From assembly GCA_051294375.1 (NCBI GenBank), contig CM119264.1:6547238-6611237 (forward strand): a stretch of 64,000 bases of DNA, given 5' to 3'. Each line of letters begins with the position of its first letter. Position 1 is the first letter of the stretch. Both the position numbers and the translations under genes were made by a program. Positions 24,045-38,200 of the stretch are shown piece by piece. The notes below the pieces were generated by a model. It had not been told where the DNA came from, ran no database searches, and was given only the letters and a program-made list of their open reading frames with translations. Source of the DNA: Paraspadella gotoi. Its lineage: Eukaryota; Animalia; Chaetognatha.

Positions 24045-26387
24045 AATCAGAGACGGCGCCTCTATGTTGACGTCTCTAGACGCCGCCGCTTAAGAGAGAG
24101 ATCGAGAGAGAGAAAAAGAGGAGTTAAAAAAACAGAGAGAGANNNNNNNNNNNNNNNNNNNNNNNNNNNNNNNNNNNNNNNNNNNNNNNNNNNNNNNNNN
24201 NNNNNNNNNNNNNNNNNNNNNNNNNNNNNNNNNNNNNNNNNNNNNNNNNNNNNNNNNNNNNNNNNNNNNNNNNNNNNNNNNNNNNNNNNNNNNNNNNNNN
24301 NNNNNNNNNNNNNNNNNNNNNNNNNNNNNNNNNNNNNNNNNNNNNNNNNNNNNNNNNNNNNNNNNNNNNNNNNNNNNNNNNNNNNNNNNNNNNNNNNNNN
24401 NNNNNNNNNNNNNNNNNNNNNNNNNNNNNNNNNNNNNNNNNNNNNNNNNNNNNNNNNNNNNNNNNNNNNNNNNNNNNNNNNNNNNNNNNNNNNNNNNNNN
24501 NNNNNNNNNNNNNNNNNNNNNNNNNNNNNNNNNNNNNNNNNNNNNNNNNNNNNNNNNNNNNNNNNNNNNNNNNNNNNNNNNNNNNNNNNNNNNNNNNNNN
24601 NNNNNNNNNNNNNNNNNNNNNNNNNNNNNNNNNNNNNNNNNNNNNNNNNNNNNNNNNNNNNNNNNNNNNNNNNNNNNNNNNNNNNNNNNNNNNNNNNNNN
24701 NNNNNNNNNNNNNNNNNNNNNNNNNNNNNNNNNNNNNNNNNNNNNNNNNNNNNNNNNNNNNNNNNNNNNNNNNNNNNNNNNNNNNNNNNNNNNNNNNNNN
24801 NNNNNNNNNNNNNNNNNNNNNNNNNNNNNNNNNNNNNNNNNNNNNNNNNNNNNNNNNNNNNNNNNNNNNNNNNNNNNNNNNNNNNNNNNNNNNNNNNNNN
24901 NNNNNNNNNNNNNNNNNNNNNNNNNNNNNNNNNNNNNNNGGAAGGGGGAAGGAAGAGGGAGGAAAATGGTCAGGAAGGGTTAGGAAAGGGGAGAAAGAAG
25001 GAGATGGAAAGAGGTAGAAAATGGGAGTAAGAATAGAGATTTAAAGAGGGAGCAATCGTTTAAAATACGTTCGGCCTGAGTAAAAGAAGAAAGGATTGAA
25101 ATCCATATTTTTTCAATTTTTTTGATTAATGATGTTCACAGTTAGCATTACTAGCTAATGTGCATTGTGTGTTCGTCTTGTGCATTAGATTTCAGAGGAA
25201 TTCAGAGTCGAGATTTTTCCATAAAACTTAGTATAAGCATTCTGAAATATTCTAAGATATTTTTTATATGACAGACCTGTTTTTTTACATAATTTTTTTG
25301 CTGTTTCATTCAGAATCAGTTTCTGCTCTCACCCAATTATGATTATCCAAATATTGTTTCCTCAAAAGCCAAAAATATATTCAAAAAGAGTTTTGCTCCC
25401 TGCGCTGAACGATAAAGCTTTGCCCACTCTCCGGGGTTTGAGGCCGCGGGATTAGCGCGTTTTCCTTGCAAGTTTTCCATCTATTTTCTTGTCTCGCCGC
25501 TTTAGTTTCCGGCCCAACCATCCGGCAACTTCATGACTTCCGCCCACGCCACTCAGCTATTTCTCTCTTTTGTCTTCTCCGGATTCTTTTATCCGAATTT
25601 GTTCAATGTGATTTTATCACATCTTTCCACATTTGATATTTATATAATATCTACTTCTCAACATATAGTGTTCGTAGTTTAATGTTGGTCGTTATAATTC
25701 TAAACCAATTTACGTAAATATTGTAGTTTCATCCCGTCATGCCATTTTTCACGTTTTTTCGTCTATGACATACCGGCAAGCCACTTTTTCATCCATGTCA
25801 TCCCGCTTTTTTCACATAATTCCGTTTATGCCATCCCCTATGACATTTTTCACAATTTTCCGCCCATGCCATCCTGCCATACCATTAACCATCCATGCCA
25901 TTCCGCCATGACGTTTTTCACATTTTTCCGACCTTGCATTCCCACCATGCTATTTTTCAAACNNNNNNNNNNNNNNNNNNNNNNNNNCGTCCATGCCATC
26001 CCGCCATGCCAATTTTTCACACCGTCTATGCCATTCCCGCCACTTGCCATTTTTCACACCGTCTATTGCCATCCCCCCTATGCCACTTTTAAACCATCCA
26101 TTGCCATCCCGCCATGCCATTTTTTTTCAGCCAGACTATGCCTCCCGTCATGCCATTTTCACACGTCCATGCCATTCCGCCATGCCATTTTTCACAAACT
26201 TCCATGCCAACCGGCGAACATCCGAAAAACTCAAAGTTGCTCTTTTTTTTTTTTACCGAAGGAGATTTCGTTTTTCGCCCGGCGAGAAGGGGAATTTTCT
26301 TCGGAAAATGGGTTTGGTTCGTTCGACCCGCCATTAGTGCATAAAATTCTCTCTCTCTCTCTCCCTCTCTCTCTCTCTCTCCTCTCT

Positions 26388-26425
<38 letters not shown>

Positions 26426-29400
26426 TCACTTTTTTAACACCGTTCCCTTTTTTCTTCTTTGTTTTTTCCGTTCCATTTTTCCCAAACTCATCTTTTTTTA
26501 AATTTTTCTCGTCTTTCTATTTTTTTATATACTTTTGTCTTTCTCCATTTCCCCTTTTCCAATTTTTATTTCTTTTCTCATTTTTTTTTTTTTTATGTCG
26601 TTATTATTTTTTATCCCTTAACTTTTCTCCCTTTTTTTCCAACTTTTTTTTTTTTCCTTTCTTACCTTTCGGTTTCCGGTTTCCCTATTCCTTCTCACTC
26701 TCTCTCTCTTCTCTCTCTCTCTCTCTCTCTCTCTCCTCTCTCTCCTCTCTTTCTCTCTCTCTCTCTCTCTTCTCTCCTCTCTTTCCTTTTTCCTCCATTT
26801 TTCTTTTTACCTTTCCCTCCTGCGCCCCCCTCCTTTCTTTTCTTTCCTTCTCTTTTCCGCTCGATAAATCTCTACTAATTCTCGATCGTTCGAACGAAAC
26901 AAAGATATTTTACTGCTTCTTCATCCACCTCGAAGCCACTCGAGCCTTACAGGCCTCTCAGCCCTCAGGAACTAGATTATAGGAGCCCCCGAAGCCCCAA
27001 CAGGATTCTGGGCTTTCTCAGTCCCTCAAGGATCGGAAATCGCAGCCCCGTTAGTCCTCAGGGTCCTGCGGTCAAAAACGCCTCAGCCCCAAAGAAGCCT
27101 TTCGCTCCACAATATCGCGTGCCTCGCCGCATTCTCAGCCCTACTAGTATCAAAGGGCATAAGCATTTATACTGCAGGGGCTTGGAGGACCGACAGCCCT
27201 CAGCTTTGCAGCATCGGGGACTTTCAGTCCCTCAGCTCCGCAGGAATTTCGTTTTGCGCATATGGAAATGATAGACCGCAAACATTATATATATATGACA
27301 GGGACTTTCAACTGGAGTGATACGAAAAGATTTTATTAAGCTCGTAATCCCTATCTCAGTGTCTATATTTTTTTATAAATATTTTTAGTTAAAAAAACTA
27401 TTGACGTTTATGTTGATCTTAAAAGTGTTCAAATTACCTAATAGTCTTAATCAAAGTGAGTCGCAAGCACAGAGTCACTTTTTTTAACCGTTAATTTTTA
27501 AACTGATTTGTGGTACTAGTTATCAGATATATAAAAAAATATTTTTTGTAATTAAAAAATCGTTTAGTGATTTGTGTCTATTACAAAAAAAAATTATCAT
27601 GCAAAGCCTAACTTATCAATATGGTTATCTTCATATTTTTTCCAATTGAAAATTTAATTTTAATATATTTTAAGGGAAAACATGATGACTATGCTCATGA
27701 CTATAAAAAATATTTTTTATTTTGGTTTTAACATATATCTTATTGATAAAAAAATAAAGCATTAAAAAATGTAATCCTTTTAATAGGAATACTGAAGGAT
27801 TAATAGTGTAAAGTCTTATTCCAAAGTAAATTAATTCTGCTTCTTCAGAAATTTACCCTCTGAGGAAAAATTTTTACAACATAAAAAACATAAAAAAAAT
27901 CCTAGCTAGAATTCTCGAATTAGTGATAACAAAAAATTTTCAAGTATTTTTCAATTAGCTATAAACTAATTTTTTATAGCCCGTCGCTCTTAGTTTCGAT
28001 TATACTACAAGTTCTTTCGCGGATCCACTCTAGTAGGATAGTCCCTGTTATAAAATTAAATAATTGCTCTAATTTCTCAGAAGGTTTATGCGCCCCTATG
28101 CGTCTCAACCTCTGACTTTCCCGTGGCTTTGGAATCTTTCCTTACGATTCTAAGCCTCCAGTCAAATGAATTTGAAAGTCGATTAGACTTCTGGAATATT
28201 TATGATGAAATTCTCAACTTTAATTCACCAGTTTATCTATTTTTTTTTCTGTTAGCGAGACATTTTATCAAATATAATTCATATTATTATATTATATTAT
28301 TCTTGAAAGAAAACCACCCAAAGCTTTGTCCAAAGTCAGGGGCAAGATAGCTTATTTATTAAATCGATTGGATAATTTTATATTGCTTTGTAATTTTATA
28401 GAGTAAGTCGCTGATTGTGCTCTCTTCTTCCAAAAACTTGACCGTCTCATGGGATGCTAAACAAAATTAAAAAATACGGTTAAATATCCAAGAATAGAAT
28501 TTTAAAATAGCGACGCAATCTCCTATTTCACTGGTTATAAATATAAACATTAAAAAAAGACATCATTTTATGCTTTTGAAACATTTTTTGAAAGATTTAT
28601 GCCCACTTCATTGATAGGGAAGCCGAGGAGCGAATAAACGAGGACGTGAGAGAGTCTTGATTGAAAACTTGCAGGGCTCTGTTATTGTAACAATTCTTGT
28701 AAGATGATGGAGGCCTTAAACTTCAATAGCCCTATCAGGCAAGATAGCTTAGTATTAAATGAATGGATATTTTTATAATGGTTAATACGTTATACCAATT
28801 CGTCTCGAAAAAACAGTTCAGAAAAAATTAAAGAAATAATGGAGTTATTGGAAGGAACAATGCGATTTTATCTTCACCATCGGCGAATGAGAGGAAGGAG
28901 GAAAAAGAGGATTCAGTTCAGAAGGTCAAGTCTGAGGTTTGGTTGTTTGTTGTTGTTATTATTGTCGTTTGTCGTTTTTTACCCGCGGCGAAAAGTCCGA
29001 GTCGAAGATTTGAATGTGTTAACGACGAGACAAAGAGAAGATTGCCTGTAAGGTGAAAATCTTTGTATAATCAATTTGACAGAAATGAAAAGATTGTTTG
29101 TGAATTAAAATTAATGATTATTTTTGAAGCCGAATTCAGCTTTACTAGTTTACTGGTTCATGATAAACGAAAGGGAAATATTCTCTTAATACATTCCAGA
29201 CTTCATCAAACAAGAAAAGAAATCCCCCCATTAGTTAATTCAACCACCTTCGGCCCTGACGCCACCCTGCCACCCTACAATTCCACCACCATAAAACCAC
29301 CGCAATTTTTTACACCGCAATTTTTGCGATCGTTTCTCTGGCACGCCGAATCTCCAAAGAGTCTGAGATCCTCCTCTTCCTTCCTTTTTTTTCTTTTCTT

Positions 29401-32400
29401 TTTATTCTTCCTCTTTCGTTCCATTCTCGCTGTTTTCGCTCTTTATTATTTTTCCCCTTTTATTTCTTTCTCTCTGGCTCTATGTTCCCTATATTATCTC
29501 TCTCTTTGTCTTTATTTCTTTCTTTTTGTTTCTTTGTACTTCTTTCTAACTCTCCATTTTTTCTTATTCATCAAATATTCTACTCTTTTTTTCCCCATAG
29601 TTTTTAAATTTTTATTTCTTCAAATTCTTTTTTTTTCTTTTTTCTTTAATCCTTCTACTCCATTTTTTTCTTTTCTTTCTTCTGTTCCCTCTTATTTTAT
29701 CTTTTGTTTGCCTTCTCCCACCGTCTCTTTTTTTCTTCTACAGCTCCGCTATTTTCTTTACTCGAAAAGAATTGAGGGAGTGGATATCTCTCAAACTAGG
29801 GATTCAAATCAGCTAGCTTTGTTAGTAAAGATGCAGGAAACGTTTAGGTTTATGCCCGTTTGAAGGATCTTTTAAAAATTCCAAAAAAAATTGCGTGCTC
29901 AGCACCCCAAAAATTTTTTTACAAATATTTTGCTCTAACCGCCTGGTTAATAATGAAGCTAGTCCTATTCATTTTTTGCTCATAAATACTCCGGAGACGA
30001 GGCTCCCTACATAAATATGACTGTAATTAAATTTTTGACCATTAATTAATTTAATTTTTTGTTTTTTAAAATTAAATCATTCAAAAAAAATTCCAAGAGT
30101 TTCCTAAAGGCCATGCAACGGTAATTAATTCCATTTTTTATACAAAATGATATCTTGAAGCAGCCATTGTCCTCTTACCACTAAAAAAACAAACATTTAA
30201 ATTTTAAAAATTATGTATGTCCTAAATATCCAAAAAATATTTTTCTTGAAATATTCTAAAGAATATACTCATAGTCTTAAACTAATTAAAATTACTTTTA
30301 AACCCAACAAAATATTATGGTTGAACAGAGCCGAACACCTTTATTGCTGATTCCAAATCTTGTTTTGTTTTATCAAATTTGATTATTCGTTCCTGTTTTA
30401 CAGGCTCATACATTTGTTAAAAATCAAGAAAATCACCCCTTTTTCAAAAACCTTATAAAAACTGAACGGGTCCATTTGTTATTCTGAAAAAAAAAATTGA
30501 AATTAACTTTTAAAAAAGTAATATTCTGCTATTAAAATTTTAATTGAGAAAAAAAAAGAGTAGCCAAAAGATATTCAAAGGAAAAAGACAATTCCTCTGG
30601 ACTTATTTTAATTTTTAATGAAACCCAAAAAGTATAAGACCTATTCTATTCCTCTCTACCATTGATGGAAAACCATATAACTCTAAGTGTCGCTCGCGTA
30701 CCTTTCTCTCCTCTACTCTGTTTATATTCCCTTTCCCTTTTCACTGGCATTTACCTATTCTACTACAGTAATCAGTCCCTCCCAAATAAAGTAAACAGTG
30801 TTTTGTTGATCATAATACGAAACCTTTCTATTCTTGACTCACTCTAATATTTTCGTCAGTTCCCATCTAGCTTTCGGGCTCATTTCATCTTTAGAGCCTT
30901 TCGATCTCCCACGTCCTCTCTTGTTTGACAATCATATATCTTGTTAACTAGCTGTTGAAGTAAGTTTTGGCCCTGAGAGGACGAGGAAAGCCAGAGAGAG
31001 AGATGACTTTTAGAAGGAGATCAATTTGAAGGACGAGAGTTTCCAACCTAGAAGAATAAGGTTAAGGGACCCGGCCAGGGTCAGATCTGCAGGAAGCTGA
31101 AGTGAGGGAGAGGGAAAGTAAGCTCGGTTTGAAAATATGAAAATGAGCCAGGTCTCCTTGGTGGTCGAAGAGAGAGAGAGAGAAGAGAGAGAGAGCGAAA
31201 AGCCAAAAATTTTTAAAAATTACAGTTTAGCCAGTACACAGAGATGTAAAATGCGGAAATGAAATCTAAACATTAAACTGGAAATTAATTGTTAACATGA
31301 AGAAAGATAAATAATGTTAGTTTAGAGATAAAGTGAAATTTGAAATGTAAAGAAGGCAATAATTAAGTCGTGAGGATGAGAAATAAGTGAGAGAAAAGTG
31401 AAGAGAATAAGTAAAAGAAAGGGCATCAAAAAATGAGCTTGGCCCCCCCCCGGCCGGGCAAATGGTGAGGACCGTTGAACGAGTAGAGAGTCGGGTCATT
31501 GGCCTGTCATAGGTTGCGATGAAGAAAAGACGAAGAGGGTTATAAGATATAGACTTGTAGTGAGTTTTAATATGCAATTGGATCCGGAAGGAAGGATCCG
31601 CTTGCGGGGAAAATGCGCAAGTTGCTACTGGCGTATAGTGCCTCTTGGCGAGCTGTTTAGTTCCTGGGCCAATGAACAGCCCTGCGCTCTCACCTGAGCG
31701 GTGAGGCAAGAGCAGTTGCTAGATTCTTGGTCGACTGTTGCTACAGGAGATTTACAGGACTGCGCTCTCCCGTCAATTCCTGATAGCCGTCGTTTATGGT
31801 GCGCGCTCAATGTGCGCGAGGATTGTAGTCTTCTCGGCCTTCCATAGTTTCGCATACAGGGTTTCAGCTGAATATCGAGGAATCTATATTTTTCGGTATC
31901 GTTCCATTGCCCCTGATTGAGGTGAGGCCCCTCCGCCTGATCTCGTTGAGTTGGGTACTAGGGAATATCAGTAAGCTCTCCGGTTGGGGTGGTCCTCGTG
32001 GCGTTTTCCACCTATCAGTACCTACCATCTTGTGAAATGAGCGATATCATAGCCTGTGAGGGAGGTCGAATCGTCCTCCATTCATGGCGGTTTCAGAGAG
32101 GATTCGAGAGCTTATTGATGTAAAGATGCCTTCTCTTAATAATATCCTCTAAGAATAAATACCTCATGTTTTTTAAGGCTCTATTGGGACAGCACGTGCG
32201 AGACAGTCATGGTTATACTACTGAACAGAAAAATGATGAAGCCAGAATTTGCGCACCGGTCCATTGCCTCGGCAAAACCCAAAATGCCGATAAAGAAATT
32301 AGATGAACACGTGGGATCATCAACCAAAGAAATATTTGGCTTGTGTGTGAATAGACTGTCTTGAACCGATCTCCGCTCAGAGACTCCGAATTCCATTGTC

Positions 32401-34978
32401 TCGCCCACATATGCTTGACTGTGCAGCGGTTTTTGTTGCCCGTCCCTGCACAGGCCGCCCAGTAGACGGCTCCTTGATGTTTTCGTTCTGGGATTTTTTG
32501 TCTTTCGGTTCACCAATGCTCACGTTAAGGAGCGCGGAGTCGTCCACTGCACTGGATATCTGCCTGCTGGCTTAGCCAGCAAGCACCGGGCACGCTAGTG
32601 CTTTTCTATCAGTGTGATCACCCTGAAGGATTTTCTGGTGATTGCATCCCGGAGAAATAAAACTGATATCATTCTGAACATCTGTTTTTGCCTTTATCAC
32701 CTTTAGCGCGCCCTTCTCGCGCCCGAGGGAGACATTACCCACGATGTTCCTGATATACGTCTCTCTTCGTTATCCTCCCCACTTAGCTCGTCTGTCGTTC
32801 CCGTGTTGCTCCAACCGGCGCGGTCTCGGCACATGCAGTCCTTCCTCTTAGCAGCCTATCCCTGTCTGTCTCTTTCGATTCACACTCAACTTGCCCGGGG
32901 GCGGAGCCCGCTCCCTCTGAACTTTGGCCTTTACCATATCCCTTGAATTAGATTGATTGATTAAGCTCTAAGTTTATCGATATGGCTGCTTATAAGCCCT
33001 CTAGGGTGTGTACTGGCCGGACTTAAACTTAGTCCAGGTATGGCGAGCTCGTGATTATATATATATATTGCGGTCTCGTAAGTCTCCACATAGTGTGGTA
33101 ACCTATTTTGCGCCTATAGTGAAGCTCCTTAATGTGAAACTTGGGATGCATCAAGTTCTCGGCGGCCTGAGAAGCTCGGGGTCGACGAATCTAGCTGTAG
33201 CTCTAATCCTAGGATGTAAGGGATCTGACGTGGCGAGCTTATGTGCGACAGGGTAGGCTATGCAAGCCATGCGATTCTCTGAAGTAATGTATTGATCAGC
33301 TAGTAGTTGTGTTTGGTTTATGTGAATGACCGCACAGTACACGACTTGCACTAATGAGCGCCCTTCTTTGCCTTTATAGTTCATTCGATGTTTTCTGCGA
33401 TATTATACCCATCTAATCTCTCCTTCCTCTTGCGCAATATTAACCTATCTGTGCTACTCGCTTCCGATTGCCTGTTTCCAATAATGTCCCGTCTATGTGG
33501 CCAAGTGTTGATTATCGCGCTAACCTCAGATCCGCTCTTTCGTTTCCTCGGCTCTGAATTTTACGTCCTCGTCTTCCGTGCTCTCTCATCTCGCTCCCTT
33601 GAATCTTTCCGAAGATGCGGTGGACTGACTTCTATGCCTCCCTCACCTGCGAGAGATACGAAAAAGAAGCCAAAGGCTGTCTACCTCATAGTCTCCATAT
33701 TAAAAGTTTCTGCCAGAGGACTTGAAGTGGATCTTTTGCCCATCCCTAAGCCACCAGGCTGGGCATAGTACCGTCCATCGAAAACCTGAGTACGCCAGTT
33801 CCAGGTCGAGCCCGGTAAAGCAATGCCATGATATCATCCAATTGGAAAATTGGCGTACGCTCGGTGCAACAACCTGCTCCTCCGCCTATTACAGGCCGCA
33901 AGCGCTCTGCTGGGCTAACGCCATCACCTGAGGGTATTATTGTGGAACATTGAACTTGTTAAGTCCAACGCAAACGAGACCAAGAGATGCGCAGTATCTG
34001 GCACTGTTTTATGATATGCCGCAATCTGTTTCCGTCAGATCCAATGGAAGAGAAATTTTTGAATGGGTGCGTGGTGGTCTCGACAAGGGGCATGAGAATT
34101 CTTGCCCAATTCTGGTTGTCATTCCATTAAAAATGGAGTGCGGGAAGCCGACACAAAGATGTAGTGTCGCAGCGGTTCGTAAGTCCCTGGGCTCTGCATG
34201 ACTCCTTTCGCCGTCGGGCGAGAACAAAAGGCGGAGCATAGCGTTGTGTCAGGATTGACTCTTGTGAAATTTAACTGCGGGGAACAACCGTATTATTCAC
34301 GTATTTTGCCTTTAGTCGGGGTTATGCCGACTGGGATCTATCTGAAAGTGAGGCAAGAGTAGGATCCTCTGTCGGGGCTGTAAGGGATAACCTGATTTTA
34401 ACTGGAGAGGCGGATAGCAGGTGGTCCAGTGGAGCAGGCGTCTGTGAGAGAGCTGAGTGAGTATGCGAGAATGAGACGAGTTCGAGATAACCACTGCAGC
34501 TCGCCCTTATCTGCGGGTGAACCATGATCGCGCCCTGATGCAGTGAGACGTGAGAGGTAGAGGCAGAGTAGGCCTTGAGCGAGTGCGAACTGGACGTGAA
34601 CCGAGAGGAAGTGGTTAGAGGTGGAGGCGAGAACTCGTTTAGCAGTGAAGTATTTGCGCTGCCCCGCGCGAAGCGGAAGCCTCCGCTTCGGTCGCCCGTT
34701 GGAGTCAAGGAGCAGAGGGGCTTCCATGTCTCAACGCCGACAATGAGGTCAATGACAGGAGAGAATTTATTAAAGGTGAGGAGTAGATGGAAACAAATGA
34801 ACAGACGCGTCCTTTTCTTAAGACTGCGTCTTCATCTTCCGTTAGCTCGTCCCTTAGGTGCTGTTGATCACTAGGGGTTCCGGTATTTTTTACAGGCCGT
34901 TAAAAATTTTGTGATTTGGTAAATTGAATTTGTTATGAACTTTCAATTTCCATTTCTTCAGCGTTCTGGGGAAGACGG

Positions 34979-35013
<35 letters not shown>

Positions 35014-35249
35014 GAGAGAGAGAGGATGTAGTAGAGACGAGGGAATGAATTGAGGACAACCAGGCGAGAGAGGCGTTCTTGAGCTTTCTGGATTTCGTCA
35101 TCAGGAGATGAAACAAGTACGTTGCGCCGTGTTGACGTGCTAATTCGCAGCTTCAAGTACGTCTTTGGGCGTAAGGATTGGAAGAGAGGAGAAGAAAGCC
35201 CCAATTATCCTTTCTTGCGGGCGGTAATCAACGGCTATGTGCTCAGCGT

Positions 35250-38200
35250 CGTTTTGGGATTTTTTTTTTACCGAAGGAGATTTCGTTTTTCGCGCGAGAA
35301 GGAATTTTCTTCGGAAAATGGGTTTGGTTCGTCGACCGCCATTAGTGCATAAAATTCTCTCTCTNNNNNNNNNNNNNNNNNNNNNNNNNNNNNNNNNNNN
35401 NNNNNNNNNNNNNNNNNNNNNNNNNNNNNNNNNNNNNNNNNNNNNNNNNNNNNNNNNNNNNNNNNNNNNNNNNNNNNNNNNNNNNNNNNNNNNNNNNNNN
35501 NNNNNNNNNNNNNNNNNNNNNNNNNNCTTTTTTTTTCTTTGTTTTTTCTCGTTCCATTTTTTCCCAAACTCATCTTTTTTAAATTTTTCTCGTCTTTCTA
35601 TTTTTTTATATACTTTTGTCTTTTCTCCATTTCCCCTTTTCCAATTTTTATTTCTTTTCTCATTTTTTTTTGTTTTATGTCGTTATTATTTTTTATCCCT
35701 TAACTTTTCTCCCTTTTTTCCAACTTTATTTTTTTTNNNNNNNNNNNNNNNNNNNNNNNNNGAGAAGGGAAAAGAAAAAGGGAGAAAAGGTGAAAAAGGA
35801 AAGGGGAGGGAAAAGGGTGGGAGGTGGATATGATAATATATGGTGTGGGATGTGGGAGAAATGTTATGAGGGGAGGAAGGTGGAGTGGAATGGTAGTATA
35901 GAAGGAGGGAGAAGGAACGGGGAAGGAAGAGAGCGAAAATGGTCAGGAAGGTTAGTGAAAGGTGAGAAAGAAGGAGATGGAAAAGAGGTAGAAAATGGGA
36001 CAGTAAGAAATAATTTAAAGATATGGGAGCAATCGTTTAAAATACTTCGCCCTGAGATAAAAGAAGAAAGATTGAAATCCATATTTTTTCAATTTTTTTG
36101 ATTAATGATGTTCACAGTTAGCATTACTAGCTAATGGCATGTGTGTGTCTGTCTGTTGCATTAGATTTCCAGAGGAATTCAAGTCGAGATTTTTCCATAA
36201 AAACTTAAGGTTAAAGAATCCTGAAATATTCTTAAGGATTATTTTTTATATGACAGTGACTGTTTTTTACATAATTTTTTTTGCTGTTTCATTCAGAATC
36301 AGTTTCTGCCTCTCACCCAAGTTATGCATTATCCAAATATTGTTTCCTCAAAAGCCAAAAATATAGTTCAAAAAGAGTTTGCTGCCCTGCGCTGAACGAT
36401 AAAGCTTTTGCCACTCTCCGGGTTTGAGGCCGCGGATTAGCGCTTTCCTTGGCAAGTTTTCCCATCTATTTTCTTGTCTCGCCCGCTTTGTTTCCGCCCA
36501 ACCATCTGGCGAACTCTGACTCCCCCACGCCACTCAGCTATCTCTCTTTTGTCTTTCTCCGGATTCTTTTATTCCGAATTTGTTCAATGTGATCTCTTAT
36601 TCACATCTTTCCACATTTGATATTTAATAAATCACTTCTTCAACATATAGGTTCCGTAGTTTAATGTTTGGTCTGTTCAACTTCTAAAACCAATTTACCG
36701 AAATATTGTTAGTTTTCATCCCGTCATGCCATTTTTCTACGTTTTTTCGTCTATGACATACCGGCAAGCACTTTCTTTCATCCATGTCATCCCGCTTTTT
36801 ACATAATTCCGTTTATTGCCTATCCCCTATGACATTTTTTCACAATTTTTCCGCCCATGCCATCCTGCCATTACCATTAACCATCCAGCCATTCCGCCAT
36901 GACGTTTTCACATTTTTCCTGACCTTGCATCCCACCATGCTATTTTTCAAACCGTCCATTGCCATCCCGCCATGCCAATTTTTCACACCGTCTAGCCATC
37001 CCGCCACCTTGCATTTTCACACCGTCTATTGCCATCCCACGCCTATGCCACTTTCAAAATCCATCCATTGCCATCCCGCCATGCCATTTTTTCAGCCAGA
37101 CTATCCTTCCCGTCATGCCATTTTCACACGCTTCCATGCCATTCCGCCATGCCATCTTTTCACAACACGTCCATGCCAACCGGCGAACCATCCGAAAAAC
37201 TCAAAAGTTGCTCTCTTTTTTTTTTTTTACCGAAGAGATTTCGTGTTTTGCCCGCGAGAAGTGAAATTTTCTTCGGCAAACATGGGTTTGGTTCGTTCGA
37301 CCCGGCCATTAGTGCATCAAAATTTCTCCTCTCTCTCTCCCTCTCTCTCTCCTCTCTTCCTCTCTCTCTTCTGCTCTCTCTCCTCTCTCTCTCTCTCTCT
37401 CTATACTCACTTTTTGAACACCTTCCCTTTCTTTTTCTTTGTTTTTCTCCGTTCCATTTTCCCAAACTCATCTTTTTATAAAATTTTTCTCGTCTTTATC
37501 TATTCTTTTAATACTTTTGTCTTTCTCCATTTCCCCTTTTCCATTTTGATTTCTTTTCTCATTTTCTTTTTTTTTACGTCTTATTTATTTTTTACCCTTA
37601 ACTTTTCTCCCTTATTTCCAACTATTTTATTTTTCCTTTCTTACCTTTCGGTTTCGCGTTCCCTATTCCTTCTCACTTCTCTCTCTTCTTCTCTCTCTCT
37701 CTCCTCTCTCTCCTCTCTCTCCTCTCTTTCTCTCTCTCTCTCTCTCTTCTCTCCTCTCTTTCCTTTTTCCTCCATTTTCTTTTTACCTTTCCCTCCTGCG
37801 CCCCCCCCCCTTTCCTTTTTTTCTTTCCTTCTCTTTTCCGCTCGATAAATCTCTACTAATTCTCGACGTCGAAGCGAACAGAAGATATTTACTGCTTCTT
37901 CATCCACCTCGAAGCCACCGAGCCTTACAGCCTCTCAGCCCCTCAGGAACTAGATATAGGAGCCCCCGAAGCCCCACAGGATTCTGGGCTCTCAGTCCCT
38001 CAAGATCGGGGAATCGCAGCCCCGTTAGTCCCTCAGGGTCCTGGGCTCTAAAACGCCTCAGCCCCAAAGAAGCCTTTCGCTCCACAATATCGCGGCCTCG
38101 CCGCATCTCAGCCCTACAGTATCAAAGGGCATAAAGCATTTATACTGCAGGGGCTTGAGGACCGGCAGCCCCTCAGCTTTGCAGCATCGGGGACTTTCAG

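Larger units (their letters stand above)
19062..26880 (+). repeat. Tandem duplication of an approximately 4-kb block (copy 1 about 19062-23160, copy 2 about 23161-26880+)
   Basis: cctccaaacc(g)gcaccgactccatctc occurs at 19062 and 23161. The copies are collinear through to ccgctcgataaatctctactaatt at about 22980 and 26860. The junction at about 23160 follows tcgcagccc. Confidence 0.9.

Noticed and set aside
30900-35250. About 4 kb of complex, higher-GC sequence with many short ORFs, suggesting a foreign, viral or retroelement insert
   Set aside because: It contains the reverse complement of the 18.8-25 kb block interleaved with extra bases (34870-34985 vs 18840-18960; about 32650-32707 vs 23697-23755). 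This fits an insertion-rich raw read, and the ORFs show no recognisable motifs.
36784-37848. 354-aa ORF (and similar ORFs at 25866-26501, 29063-29863 and 10897-11673)
   Set aside because: These frames run through minisatellite and poly-pyrimidine sequence, and for the duplicated ones the frame is not conserved between copies.
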